Shown here: in pieces, positions 1 to 6,802 of the stretch
Numbering within the stretch: position 1 is the stretch's first letter
How the letters are laid out: every line of letters begins with the position of its first letter
Virus record (IMG/VR): IMGVR_UViG_3300011335_000345
Span: 1-31,626 of that record
DNA length: 31,626 bases
Source of the DNA: a virus
Taxonomy: Duplodnaviria; Caudoviricetes
Strand: one strand, 5' to 3'
Notes under the pieces: model-generated
The model's database searches: none
Told to the model about the DNA's origin: nothing
What the model saw: only the letters and a program-made list of their open reading frames with translations
Program-made: the position numbers and the translations under genes

Positions 1-215
1 GTCTTAGGCAGCACCGCAGGAGGATTCTTAGCGAACCTCTCTAGAGTCATCTTTCTCATCTTTACCCTTTCGGAGACCTGTGCCATAATGAATCGGGGCC
101 ATCATCCAGCCCTTGGGAAGGCAGGCAGCTTACCAACCCAGATAAACGTAGCGAGTCTATCAGCAATTCTAGTAGCTAAGAGCGAACGGGTGCAACAGGT
201 AGAGCCTAACAAGGT
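1..215. repeat. Terminal overlap, copy 1 (identical to 31412..31626); contig is circular, unit length 31411 bp
   Basis: gtcttaggcagcacc...gcctaacaaggt occurs at both ends; contains the terS 5' end. Confidence 0.97.
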
Positions 216-241
216 CAGCTTAGATAAACAAGGTGCTGCAT

Positions 242-294
242 CTCTAATGAGATTCCCCCCGTGGATGCCATAGTTCGTGTGAATCTTATTAGAG
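242..294. repeat. Inverted repeat with 14 bp arms upstream of terS
   Basis: ctctaatgagattc (242-255) / gaatcttattagag (281-294); 13/14 Watson-Crick plus one G-T on the + strand. Confidence 0.75.
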
Positions 295-608
295 CTAACA
301 AGGGCTTCTTTCTCCTAAGAGCAAGCGTGACTTGGTGTAAAGCTAAATTGGCTTTTTCGGTGCGGAGGAGGAACCATCATTTTCCATCACGCAAGCACCA
401 CCCCTCCCCCCCCTATCACTCACTCACACCCACACACACCTGGGCACAGCAAGCAGAGCATGGCATTGTTCGAGCATTGCACTAACTAAGTACATTGTTT
501 TTCTGCTGCACTAACACTAAATCACAAGCTGAGATTTAAGATTGGGTTGGAGTAAATCCATCCGAGTGAATTAGTCTGGGCAAAATAAACTTGGCAAATT
601 GAAATGCG

Positions 609-638
609 TTTCACAATCTGAAATTTCATAATGTGAAA
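609..638. promoter_or_regulatory. Two abutting dyad operators TTTCAcAATcTGAAA / TTTCAtAATgTGAAA
   Basis: Tandem 15 bp near-palindromes in non-coding DNA. Confidence 0.55.
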
Positions 639-855
639 TGGGGATGCACCCTTTCCCTGGTACTCTCTGGTTCCATCTGGCTCCATCATCTAGCACCAAC
701 TGGCTCCATCTGGTACTACATTGTTTTTCTCTATCAAACGCCAGGATTCGATTGCCTTTCCCTATCGATAGCCCTGCACTATCACTCTGCCACTATTGAT
801 AGCCAACTATTATTAGGTTACTAATTAACTGTATATAAACCCATTAGGGTTTTAT

Positions 856-898
856 TAGGGTTTGCCCTAGTGTTCGACATCGAAAAGATGTGTAAAAT
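856..898 (+). promoter_or_regulatory. Putative activator-dependent early promoter: TAGGGtttgCCCTA (856-869), 23 bp gap, -10 TAAAAT (893-898)
   Basis: Same geometry as both promoters at 5898-5970; lies directly upstream of the first early gene. Confidence 0.65.
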
Positions 899-961
899 TT
901 CAACTGTGAACACCGATTCACGTTACCGCCCGCAAGGGTTTTTAGACTAAAGGACTACACC

Positions 962-1237
962 ATGAAAATCAAAAACATCACTCATGCAGACCTAGCGCTG
1001 TCGTGGGAAGAATTCCAGGTAGCAGGTACTGGAAACAAAAAACGCCTTACCTATTGCGCCGATGGCGATGGCTTCATTGTCATTAGCGAGACAGCCAAGG
1101 GCTACAAATTGTTCGAGCAAGGGCAATACATTCGCACCGTTGGCTTCGACCTTATCAAGGCATTGCAGTTTGCTGAGCATTTCATGAAGACCTGCGGTTA
1201 TCAAGCAACATTCGACCATTGCCTGTCCTACAACTAA
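962..1237 (+). CDS. Hypothetical early protein, 91 aa
   Basis: ATG with aaagga RBS; first gene of a tightly packed array. Confidence 0.8.
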   Translation: MKIKNITHADLALSWEEFQVAGTGNKKRLTYCADGDGFIVISETAKGYKLFEQGQYIRTVGFDLIKALQFAEHFMKTCGYQATFDHCLSYN

Positions 1238-1247
1238 GGAGCAAACC

Positions 1248-1469
1248 ATGTATACATTCAATATTGAGATTACCGATACCTTCGGCGGTGAAGCAAACTA
1301 TTCATGGGTGCGCCGATACACCTATAAAGCGAAATCGTTTCAAGGTGCTATCGTAAAGCTCGCCCGTGAATACGGCAAGGGTTGGACTAAGCAAATCGAA
1401 TGCGGTGACTATTGCCAATACAAATTATCCAATGCTTGCATTACCGCATTTGTAACAATTCAAGAATAA
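1248..1469 (+). CDS. Conserved phage hypothetical protein (TDTFGGEANYSWV motif)
   Basis: taaggag RBS; recognisable phage early-gene motif. Confidence 0.85.
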   Translation: MYTFNIEITDTFGGEANYSWVRRYTYKAKSFQGAIVKLAREYGKGWTKQIECGDYCQYKLSNACITAFVTIQE

Positions 1470-1479
1470 GGAGCACACT

Positions 1480-1779
1480 ATGACCGACAAAACATATAAC
1501 GGCTGGAGCAATTACGCAACATGGCGCATCAACCTAGAAATCTTCGATGGCTTCGAATTGGAATTCGACGCAGGATGGGATTCAGAATTTGACGCCTACG
1601 AGCTCAAAGATAGATTGCAGCAGATAGCAGAAGATGCAATATTTTCAGGCGTGGGCTACGACGAGCGTCGCCCGTCTAACCTTGTCGAGGACTATGCGCG
1701 GGCATTCTTGCAAGATGTTAACTGGTACGAAATAGCCAAACACATGATTGCTGACTACATTGCGGAGAATCAAGCATGA
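1480..1779 (+). CDS. Acidic phage early protein (YNGWxNYxTW-motif family)
   Basis: taaggag RBS; YNGWSNYATW...VNWYEIA motifs. Confidence 0.85.
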   Translation: MTDKTYNGWSNYATWRINLEIFDGFELEFDAGWDSEFDAYELKDRLQQIAEDAIFSGVGYDERRPSNLVEDYARAFLQDVNWYEIAKHMIADYIAENQA

Positions 1780-1943
1780 ACATCGAACAATTACAAATAG
1801 CCCTTTTCGACGCATTCGATATGCGGGATGCACTTGCATCTAGCGTGAAACGACAAAAGATGGACAACGGGGAAACTATTGGCGAGACATTAGACAACCT
1901 TATTCAGTTTTTAGAATCTTTGGAAGAAGAGGTGACAGCATGA
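1776..1943 (+). CDS. Hypothetical protein, 55 aa (MNIEQLQIALFDAFDMRDAL...), not in ORF track
   Basis: ATGA overlaps with both neighbours and fills the gap exactly. Confidence 0.8.
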   Translation: MNIEQLQIALFDAFDMRDALASSVKRQKMDNGETIGETLDNLIQFLESLEEEVTA

Positions 1944-2410
1944 ACATCGAATTAAAAAACGTCAAGTACAGCGAGTTTGCCTCGCATGAAACTCACTGCT
2001 ACGAAGCCTCAATCTACATTGATGGCAAGAAAGCGGGAACAGTACACAATAACGGGTTTGGGGCTTGCACTAACATTTTCCCAAATACTCTGCATAACAC
2101 CTTGCAAGAATATGCAGAGACATTGCCCCAATCCGAATACAAAGGCCATTTTTTCAGTCAAACAGCAGACGGACTGATTGATGACCTTTTGACAACATGG
2201 CTATATGCGCGTGACCTAAAACGGGCCATGCAGAAACGCATATTGTTTGTGCGTGGGCAAAGTATGCTAGAGACTGTTGGCATGAATGCGACAAGTTTAC
2301 AGAAATGGCTAACCCGTCCTGACCTACAGCAAAAACTCAATGCCGACAAGGTACTTAACCTTTTGCCGTTCAGCGAGGCCGTATCTGTTTATCGGGAGAT
2401 GGTGGCATGA
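1940..2410 (+). CDS. Conserved phage hypothetical protein (IELKNVK..SHETHCYEASIYIDGK..V.N.G.G)
   Basis: 156 aa ORF with gaggtg RBS; translationally coupled. Confidence 0.85.
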   Translation: MNIELKNVKYSEFASHETHCYEASIYIDGKKAGTVHNNGFGACTNIFPNTLHNTLQEYAETLPQSEYKGHFFSQTADGLIDDLLTTWLYARDLKRAMQKRILFVRGQSMLETVGMNATSLQKWLTRPDLQQKLNADKVLNLLPFSEAVSVYREMVA

Positions 2411-2499
2411 AAATCATAGTTTATTTCTTTCAATGCCTGATTATTGCAGCGACTATCGGCGCTCCCTTTATAATCTACTTTTGGAATATGAAACCATGA
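2407..2499 (+). CDS. Small single-TM membrane protein, 30 aa (MKIIVYFFQCLIIAATIGAPFIIYFWNMKP)
   Basis: ATGA coupling at both ends; hydrophobic. Confidence 0.65.
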   Translation: MKIIVYFFQCLIIAATIGAPFIIYFWNMKP

Positions 2500-2699
2500 A
2501 AACAGAATCATTTGACTATGAAACCCGCATAGAATGCGAACAAGATAGTTTAATATCTATTGATAAATTTGATAATTGTGTGTGGGTAAATATTTGCGTG
2601 CATGGAGGCCATGCAAGGGCTATATTGACCCGTGAACAAGGATTAGAATTAATCGCTGCTATCTATATCGCACTATCTGGCGAAGAGGGCAAAGAATGA
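2496..2699 (+). CDS. Hypothetical protein, 67 aa (MKTESFDYETRIEC...)
   Basis: Coupled ATG at 2496 preferred over the longer track start. Confidence 0.75.
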   Translation: MKTESFDYETRIECEQDSLISIDKFDNCVWVNICVHGGHARAILTREQGLELIAAIYIALSGEEGKE

Positions 2700-2743
2700 T
2701 ATACGCCATTCTAGCTACTTTGCTGCGACTACTCAAAAAGTAG
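2696..2743 (+). CDS. 15 aa amphipathic peptide MIYAILATLLRLLKK
   Basis: ATGA-coupled, gaggg upstream, ends just before the terminator. Confidence 0.5.
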   Translation: MIYAILATLLRLLKK

Positions 2744-2758
2744 ACCATTCGCACCACT

Positions 2759-2781
2759 AAGACCCTACGGGGTCTTTTTTT
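2759..2781 (+). terminator. Rho-independent terminator of the early operon
   Basis: aagaccc-tacg-gggtctt stem with UNCG loop and T-run, at the convergence of two operons. Confidence 0.85.
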
Positions 2782-2807
2782 ATGCCCTCAGAACGCACCA
2801 GAACGGC

Positions 2808-3026
2808 CTATGCGCCGTTTTTTTCGTCTGCCTGTACCATGCCTAGCCATTCGGTTAAATCTGCGTCTGGGCGGTATCCTAGATTCCACAGCACCTGCAT
2901 CGCATCCAGGCAAGCATTGAAGCCCCTTGTAGTGCAACCATTGCCCGCAGCGAGTAAAACCATTTTTTCCTCAGGCTTTAGCTTCCTCAGAAAATTTGTT
3001 GCGCTTGGTTCTGTCGGTCTAACCAT
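2808..3026 (-). CDS. Hypothetical protein, possibly small DNA-binding
   Basis: 72 aa; overlaps the upstream gene stop. Confidence 0.75.
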   Translation of the reverse strand: MVRPTEPSATNFLRKLKPEEKMVLLAAGNGCTTRGFNACLDAMQVLWNLGYRPDADLTEWLGMVQADEKNGA

Positions 3027-3387
3027 TGTCGGCCCATTCGTACCATTGGTTTATAAATACTTTCAGGTCATCGAATGATGCGCCTATCTTTTTATATTCG
3101 CCTGATTTATTTATATAAAATACTTCACTGATAATAGTTTCATTATCAGTATTACCAATAATAACGCACACAGTAAACTGAGATTGTTTGGCAAACGATT
3201 GCAATAATATTGCTTGCCCCTTATTCATGGTTTCGCCTTCGCGTTTCCATTCTCCAATAAAGAATTTACCCTTGCGCTCGATAACCATATCAATATCGCA
3301 TGGCAAAAGTTTCGGGTTAGATTCAATCATGCCCGCAAATTCACCGAAATCAATATGCGCTGCATGAGCGCTCCGCATAGTTCTCAC
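3019..3387 (-). CDS. Putative PD-(D/E)xK nuclease-fold protein
   Basis: DIDMVIERKGKFFIGEWK resembles the D..ExK catalytic motif. Confidence 0.6.
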   Translation of the reverse strand: MRTMRSAHAAHIDFGEFAGMIESNPKLLPCDIDMVIERKGKFFIGEWKREGETMNKGQAILLQSFAKQSQFTVCVIIGNTDNETIISEVFYINKSGEYKKIGASFDDLKVFINQWYEWADNG

Positions 3388-3650
3388 CTGGCTGTCCGAA
3401 TCATCTCTAGGGCCGCTTCAGGGCTGTCAATCCTGCACAGAGTGCCACCTATCCACTTTTCAAAAAAATCAGCTTGTAGAGGCGTTAAACGCTTTTTAGA
3501 TGTGGTTTTCACTTCAACTAGGAATGTGTGGTTCTGATAGCCCACAAGTAAATCCACTGGAAGGCCAATAATCGACACATATGCGCCTGCATCCCGTAAT
3601 GCCTGCACTATGGATTTTTGGTTTTTGTCAACCCTTGCTGCGTGTCGCAA
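3384..3650 (-). CDS. VRR-NUC / Holliday-junction-resolvase-like nuclease
   Basis: AARVDKNQ..IV.ALR..GA, PVDLLVG..LVEVK, LTPLQ..F; TTG start. Confidence 0.8.
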   Translation of the reverse strand: MRHAARVDKNQKSIVQALRDAGAYVSIIGLPVDLLVGYQNHTFLVEVKTTSKKRLTPLQADFFEKWIGGTLCRIDSPEAALEMIRTAR

Positions 3651-3810
3651 TTTTCATTTCTCCTAAGACATGGGCTTTTATGCCCTTCCACATATCATCT
3701 TCATCCATTCTCTGCACTTCACGCCATGCCCACTCTTTCCACTCAGGCAGTTGGCACAGGCGCACCATGTCCGCAAATGTCTTAGCGCGAATGGAATCAG
3801 GGTCAAACAT
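3628..3810 (-). CDS. Hypothetical protein, 60 aa
   Basis: Fills the gap in the leftward operon. Confidence 0.65.
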   Translation of the reverse strand: MFDPDSIRAKTFADMVRLCQLPEWKEWAWREVQRMDEDDMWKGIKAHVLGEMKIATRSKG

Positions 3811-3816
3811 TGTTTG

Positions 3817-4614
3817 TCAATCACCACAAAAGCAGGCAATACTTTCTTCGTTAGGGTCAAACATGTCGCGCTGTTGTTCGCTATAGTGCAGCATTTCTTC
3901 ATAACTTGGGTGCGCCTGATTAAATCTTGCGTCTAGTTTACTTTCCATATTTACCCACCAAACGGCCCGTTCTGGCTTGTCTTGAATTAACCCCAGCAAA
4001 TGGTCTGCTTTCTTGAGAAAACATAAATCACAATTGCTTAATAGTGAATTCCCGTTGACTGTGATTGTTTGTAGGTTAAATGGTTGCTTATCCCAAAATG
4101 ACAAAACTTCTGCAACAGTCACGTTTGCTGTTGCCAATGGCGTTTCCTTGATGTCATCATTGGTTTTCATCTTGGCAACACGCCTGGGTTCATCTGCGCG
4201 TATTCCTACAAAAGTCACTATGTCCTCATGCCCCAAAGATTTAAGATATTTTTTCATTGGGACAATTTTTAGCTCTGAAGTGCAAAACCTAGCAAAGGTA
4301 TTTGGCAAATAGTGCTTTTTTTCTATCAGCGCCTCAAAAGGCTCCCCATTCCTGCTGGCAGTTTTGTAATCCACCACAGCGTATCCATCTTTCCTAAACT
4401 CCAACCAAGTGATTGGCACATTCCATTGGTCGCTGCAATCCTGGACAAATCGTAGTGTTGCTTCATCCTCTTTTCCAGTATTGGCAAAACAGACAATAGC
4501 CTCTGGTGGCAACCCACCATTGCTTTGCAGTACTTTCCAAAGCATATAGGCGCTTGTGCGCCCACCGCTAAAGCTAATGCAAGTTGGCTCTGTAATTTTG
4601 AATGGGTCGTTCAT
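3817..4614 (-). CDS. PAPS reductase / adenine nucleotide alpha-hydrolase family protein
   Basis: PP-loop SFSGGRTS, FANTGKE, RFCTSELK, GIRADE, NCDLCFLK, C-terminal CFCGD. Confidence 0.88.
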   Translation of the reverse strand: MNDPFKITEPTCISFSGGRTSAYMLWKVLQSNGGLPPEAIVCFANTGKEDEATLRFVQDCSDQWNVPITWLEFRKDGYAVVDYKTASRNGEPFEALIEKKHYLPNTFARFCTSELKIVPMKKYLKSLGHEDIVTFVGIRADEPRRVAKMKTNDDIKETPLATANVTVAEVLSFWDKQPFNLQTITVNGNSLLSNCDLCFLKKADHLLGLIQDKPERAVWWVNMESKLDARFNQAHPSYEEMLHYSEQQRDMFDPNEESIACFCGD

Positions 4615-4961
4615 GTTGTCATTTGCTTTCTGAGTGCAGCCAATTTATCTCGTATCTCGGGTGGCATCGGCTTGGTTACTGGCTTGTTTTCAATGGCTGT
4701 CGGATGCGGGATAGATGGGCCATTGCTACACAATTCCTTAAATTTCAGCGCACTAGGCGGGAAATTTGGGTCGCAGCAATTGATAGCGTAGTCCATCCGT
4801 GGGCGGTATGTCAGATAAATGCCAAGCTGATTTATCCATTCCTGCCGAATCATCATAGGGTCGATTCCTTCCCAATGCCTAGCAAAGGATGCGCCGTAAA
4901 TTGCGCCAAGTCTGGAAAAGATGTAATCAAAGCCTGAATCAGGGCTGCAAAAGTCGGTCAT
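4611..4961 (-). CDS. Putative replication partner (lambda P / helicase-loader position)
   Basis: Directly downstream of the initiator; IFSRL..IYG..F...W and PPS..KF..LC motifs. Confidence 0.5.
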   Translation of the reverse strand: MTDFCSPDSGFDYIFSRLGAIYGASFARHWEGIDPMMIRQEWINQLGIYLTYRPRMDYAINCCDPNFPPSALKFKELCSNGPSIPHPTAIENKPVTKPMPPEIRDKLAALRKQMTT

Positions 4962-5640
4962 TGTCCACCTCTACTGGTTTAGCCCAAAATGGTTTTGGTG
5001 CTGTTAGACCGCGAGTCAAAACATGAAGATTGTTTGCGGCTCTTTGATTTGCGCTTAGCTTTTCCTCCATCCATTCGGCCTTAAAACCCGTCCAGCCTCT
5101 TGCACAGCAGGTCTCCAAGGCTACCTGTAGGCTGACACCTGCTTTCTTTGCCTCACGCTCTATGCCATCCAATGCGGTCTGCGTGACTGCTGCTTTCTTT
5201 GACTTTCTCAAAGTTATCCAGTCTTGCCAAACTGATTCCGTCACGCCGAATGGCGGGGCGACTGTCTTCTTTGTCTCTCTCTCTTTCTCTTTCTTTGTCT
5301 CTCCCTCTCCCTCTGTCTCTGGGATAGCGCGTTGATAGCGCTCTGCTAGCACTCCGCTAGAGATTAGGAAAAAACCCTTATCAATCAACGGCTTAATGCC
5401 ATCTCTGTATTCCTTTTCTGTAATCCTTAGCCTAAAAGTTAGCTCTTCAACAGAAGCGTCAAAAACGCCATCTTTTGCCTCACTTGCAAGCAACCAAAGC
5501 ATAGGAGCTAGTGCCTTGCTAGCAATTGGCAAGCAAATGAATTCTCTATTGTTAAGCAAGTCCCGATGGAGTTTTATCCACGGTGGGCAGCGGTCTTTGT
5601 AATGCTGAAAGACTGCCCAATTTTTTGGCTGTAAAAGCAT
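4939..5640 (-). CDS. Phage replication initiator (lambda O-like / replisome organiser)
   Basis: KNWAVFQHYKDRCPPWIKLHR N-domain, low-complexity linker, WQDW...RK.KKA...RGWTGFKAEW C-domain; ATG at 5640 after aaagg. Confidence 0.78.
   Translation of the reverse strand: MLLQPKNWAVFQHYKDRCPPWIKLHRDLLNNREFICLPIASKALAPMLWLLASEAKDGVFDASVEELTFRLRITEKEYRDGIKPLIDKGFFLISSGVLAERYQRAIPETEGEGETKKEKERETKKTVAPPFGVTESVWQDWITLRKSKKAAVTQTALDGIEREAKKAGVSLQVALETCCARGWTGFKAEWMEEKLSANQRAANNLHVLTRGLTAPKPFWAKPVEVDNDRLLQP
5270..5366. other. Putative replication origin inside the initiator gene
   Basis: Four 11-bp-period G(A/C)TAG(C/A) repeats at 5323/5334/5345/5356, next to a purine/pyrimidine-asymmetric tract. Confidence 0.55.
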
Positions 5641-5678
5641 GGGTGTAACCTTTATCACGGTCGTTATCACTAAAAGAA

Positions 5679-5732
5679 GCTCCGGCAGGACGGTGATAAG
5701 TCGTCTTTTCGCCCGCTAAGGCTAGCCGTGCC
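5679..5732 (-). ncRNA. C4/CI-like antisense RNA element
   Basis: cggcUag-cc(uuagc)gg-gcgaaaa-gacg(acUUAUCAC)cguc-cugccg multistem; loop complementary to two downstream GTGATAA sites. Confidence 0.65.
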
Positions 5733-5738
5733 CACATT

Positions 5739-5891
5739 CTATACGGGTTTTTTCGCAAGCTCAAGTGCCCGTGTTAACAGGGCAATCGTGGCAGCGTCCA
5801 GGTCATCCTCAATGTTGTATTCAGCAGCCAATTCAATGGCTTGGCAAAGCAGGATTTCTGCGCTCTGAAGTTCAAGTTCATCCATAGTCAT
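5739..5891 (-). CDS. Hypothetical acidic protein, 50 aa (MTMDELELQSAEILLCQ...), probably leaderless
   Basis: Open frame from ATG 5891 to TAG 5739; ATG coincides with the predicted +1. Confidence 0.7.
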   Translation of the reverse strand: MTMDELELQSAEILLCQAIELAAEYNIEDDLDAATIALLTRALELAKKPV

Positions 5892-5897
5892 CCAGAG

Positions 5898-5970
5898 AGC
5901 CTAGCACAATTTTGCGATAAAAAGTATAGGGAAAACCCCTAGAAAAAAAGCATAAAAGCTGCGATAAGAT
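5898..5970. promoter_or_regulatory. Divergent promoter pair sharing a central TAGGGaaaacCCCTA dyad (5927-5941)
   Basis: Leftward TGc-TAGGCT (5903-5898) and rightward TAAGAT (5965-5970), each 23 bp from the dyad. Confidence 0.68.
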
Positions 5971-6023
5971 GCATCTACCGCAAGCAAAGGGCAAGCGGAT
6001 TTAGTGACCAAGAAAGGTTTTTT

Positions 6024-6224
6024 ATGACACATGTTTCCTTCAGAGAATTAGTCAGGCGAGAGCTTGAAAGCACAACATTTTGCTGCTACTGCTTAGAGCC
6101 GCAGGGTAGCAAATGGCACTGCTGCCAAGAGAACCACTTTGTACCATTCGGTGACCTGTATCCGGCTGACCAAGAGGACATTCTGAACAATGAGTTGGAT
6201 GAGTATGAGGATGCAACCAAATGA
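6024..6224 (+). CDS. Hypothetical protein with putative Zn site (CCYC...CCQENHF)
   Basis: aaagg RBS; first gene of the rightward operon. Confidence 0.8.
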   Translation: MTHVSFRELVRRELESTTFCCYCLEPQGSKWHCCQENHFVPFGDLYPADQEDILNNELDEYEDATK

Positions 6225-6442
6225 CTGTTTACACCACTATTCGTGAGCTGAAATGGGACAGCCTCAACAATGGCAAACCCACTACTCTGTCAGTTGAGTA
6301 CACATGGGATACGGCAATGAACACCTTAGTGGTGGACTCTGTTTGCCATGCTGGACTCGAATGGATTGACTACCTTAAACAAGACGTGATTGACCACATC
6401 ACTAACCGCATTTCTGAAAGGCTTGAAGATGACAACGAATAA
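6221..6442 (+). CDS. Hypothetical protein, 73 aa
   Basis: ATGA-coupled. Confidence 0.75.
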   Translation: MTVYTTIRELKWDSLNNGKPTTLSVEYTWDTAMNTLVVDSVCHAGLEWIDYLKQDVIDHITNRISERLEDDNE

Positions 6443-6632
6443 AGCAGCCCGCATCATTGCAGATGCAGAAGACGCAGCACAACGCTATGGAGCAAAAGAT
6501 GCTTCTGACAGACTGGCTTATCAAGTCGGAGTGTTACAGGCCCATATCAAGATGCTGTGCCATGAAGCAGAGTTCACTAACGAAGAGCTTAAGAAGCTAC
6601 AGCAAGAAATCCTGTGGGAGCGTAAAAAATGA
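6429..6632 (+). CDS. Hypothetical coiled-coil protein (MTTNKAARIIADAE...)
   Basis: ATG at 6429; coupled to the next gene. Confidence 0.75.
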   Translation: MTTNKAARIIADAEDAAQRYGAKDASDRLAYQVGVLQAHIKMLCHEAEFTNEELKKLQQEILWERKK

Positions 6633-6802
6633 TTACATCAAACAATGCAGAGGAAATCATTGCTGAGTGCAAGAGCAAAGATAACCCTGCTATGTATCTC
6701 GAAATCTATGTGAAGCATCTGTGTCGCTGGATAGAAATCCAAGACGAGCGCATTGAATGGCATCAAGAGCAATTGAAACACGTTTACAAGGAAGCAAAAT
6801 GA
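6629..6802 (+). CDS. Hypothetical protein, 57 aa (MITSNNAEEIIAEC...), not in ORF track
   Basis: ATGA overlaps at both ends. Confidence 0.75.
   Translation: MITSNNAEEIIAECKSKDNPAMYLEIYVKHLCRWIEIQDERIEWHQEQLKHVYKEAK

Noticed and set aside
88-824. Track ORFs 88..273, 261..485 and 633..824
   Set aside because: No RBS or recognisable motifs; they overlie repeat/operator-rich DNA
829-844. LexA box CTGTATATAAACCCAT
   Set aside because: Right half deviates from ACAG; kept only as part of the motif array, not called as an SOS site
906-942. Leader hairpins (GTGAA/TTCAC; CCC-GCAA-GGG) as nut/boxB
   Set aside because: Stems are very short, with no boxA and no N-like gene
5679-5732. tRNA gene
   Set aside because: Multistem but too short, with no T-loop (TTCRA) or D-loop consensus; no tRNA was seen anywhere in the window
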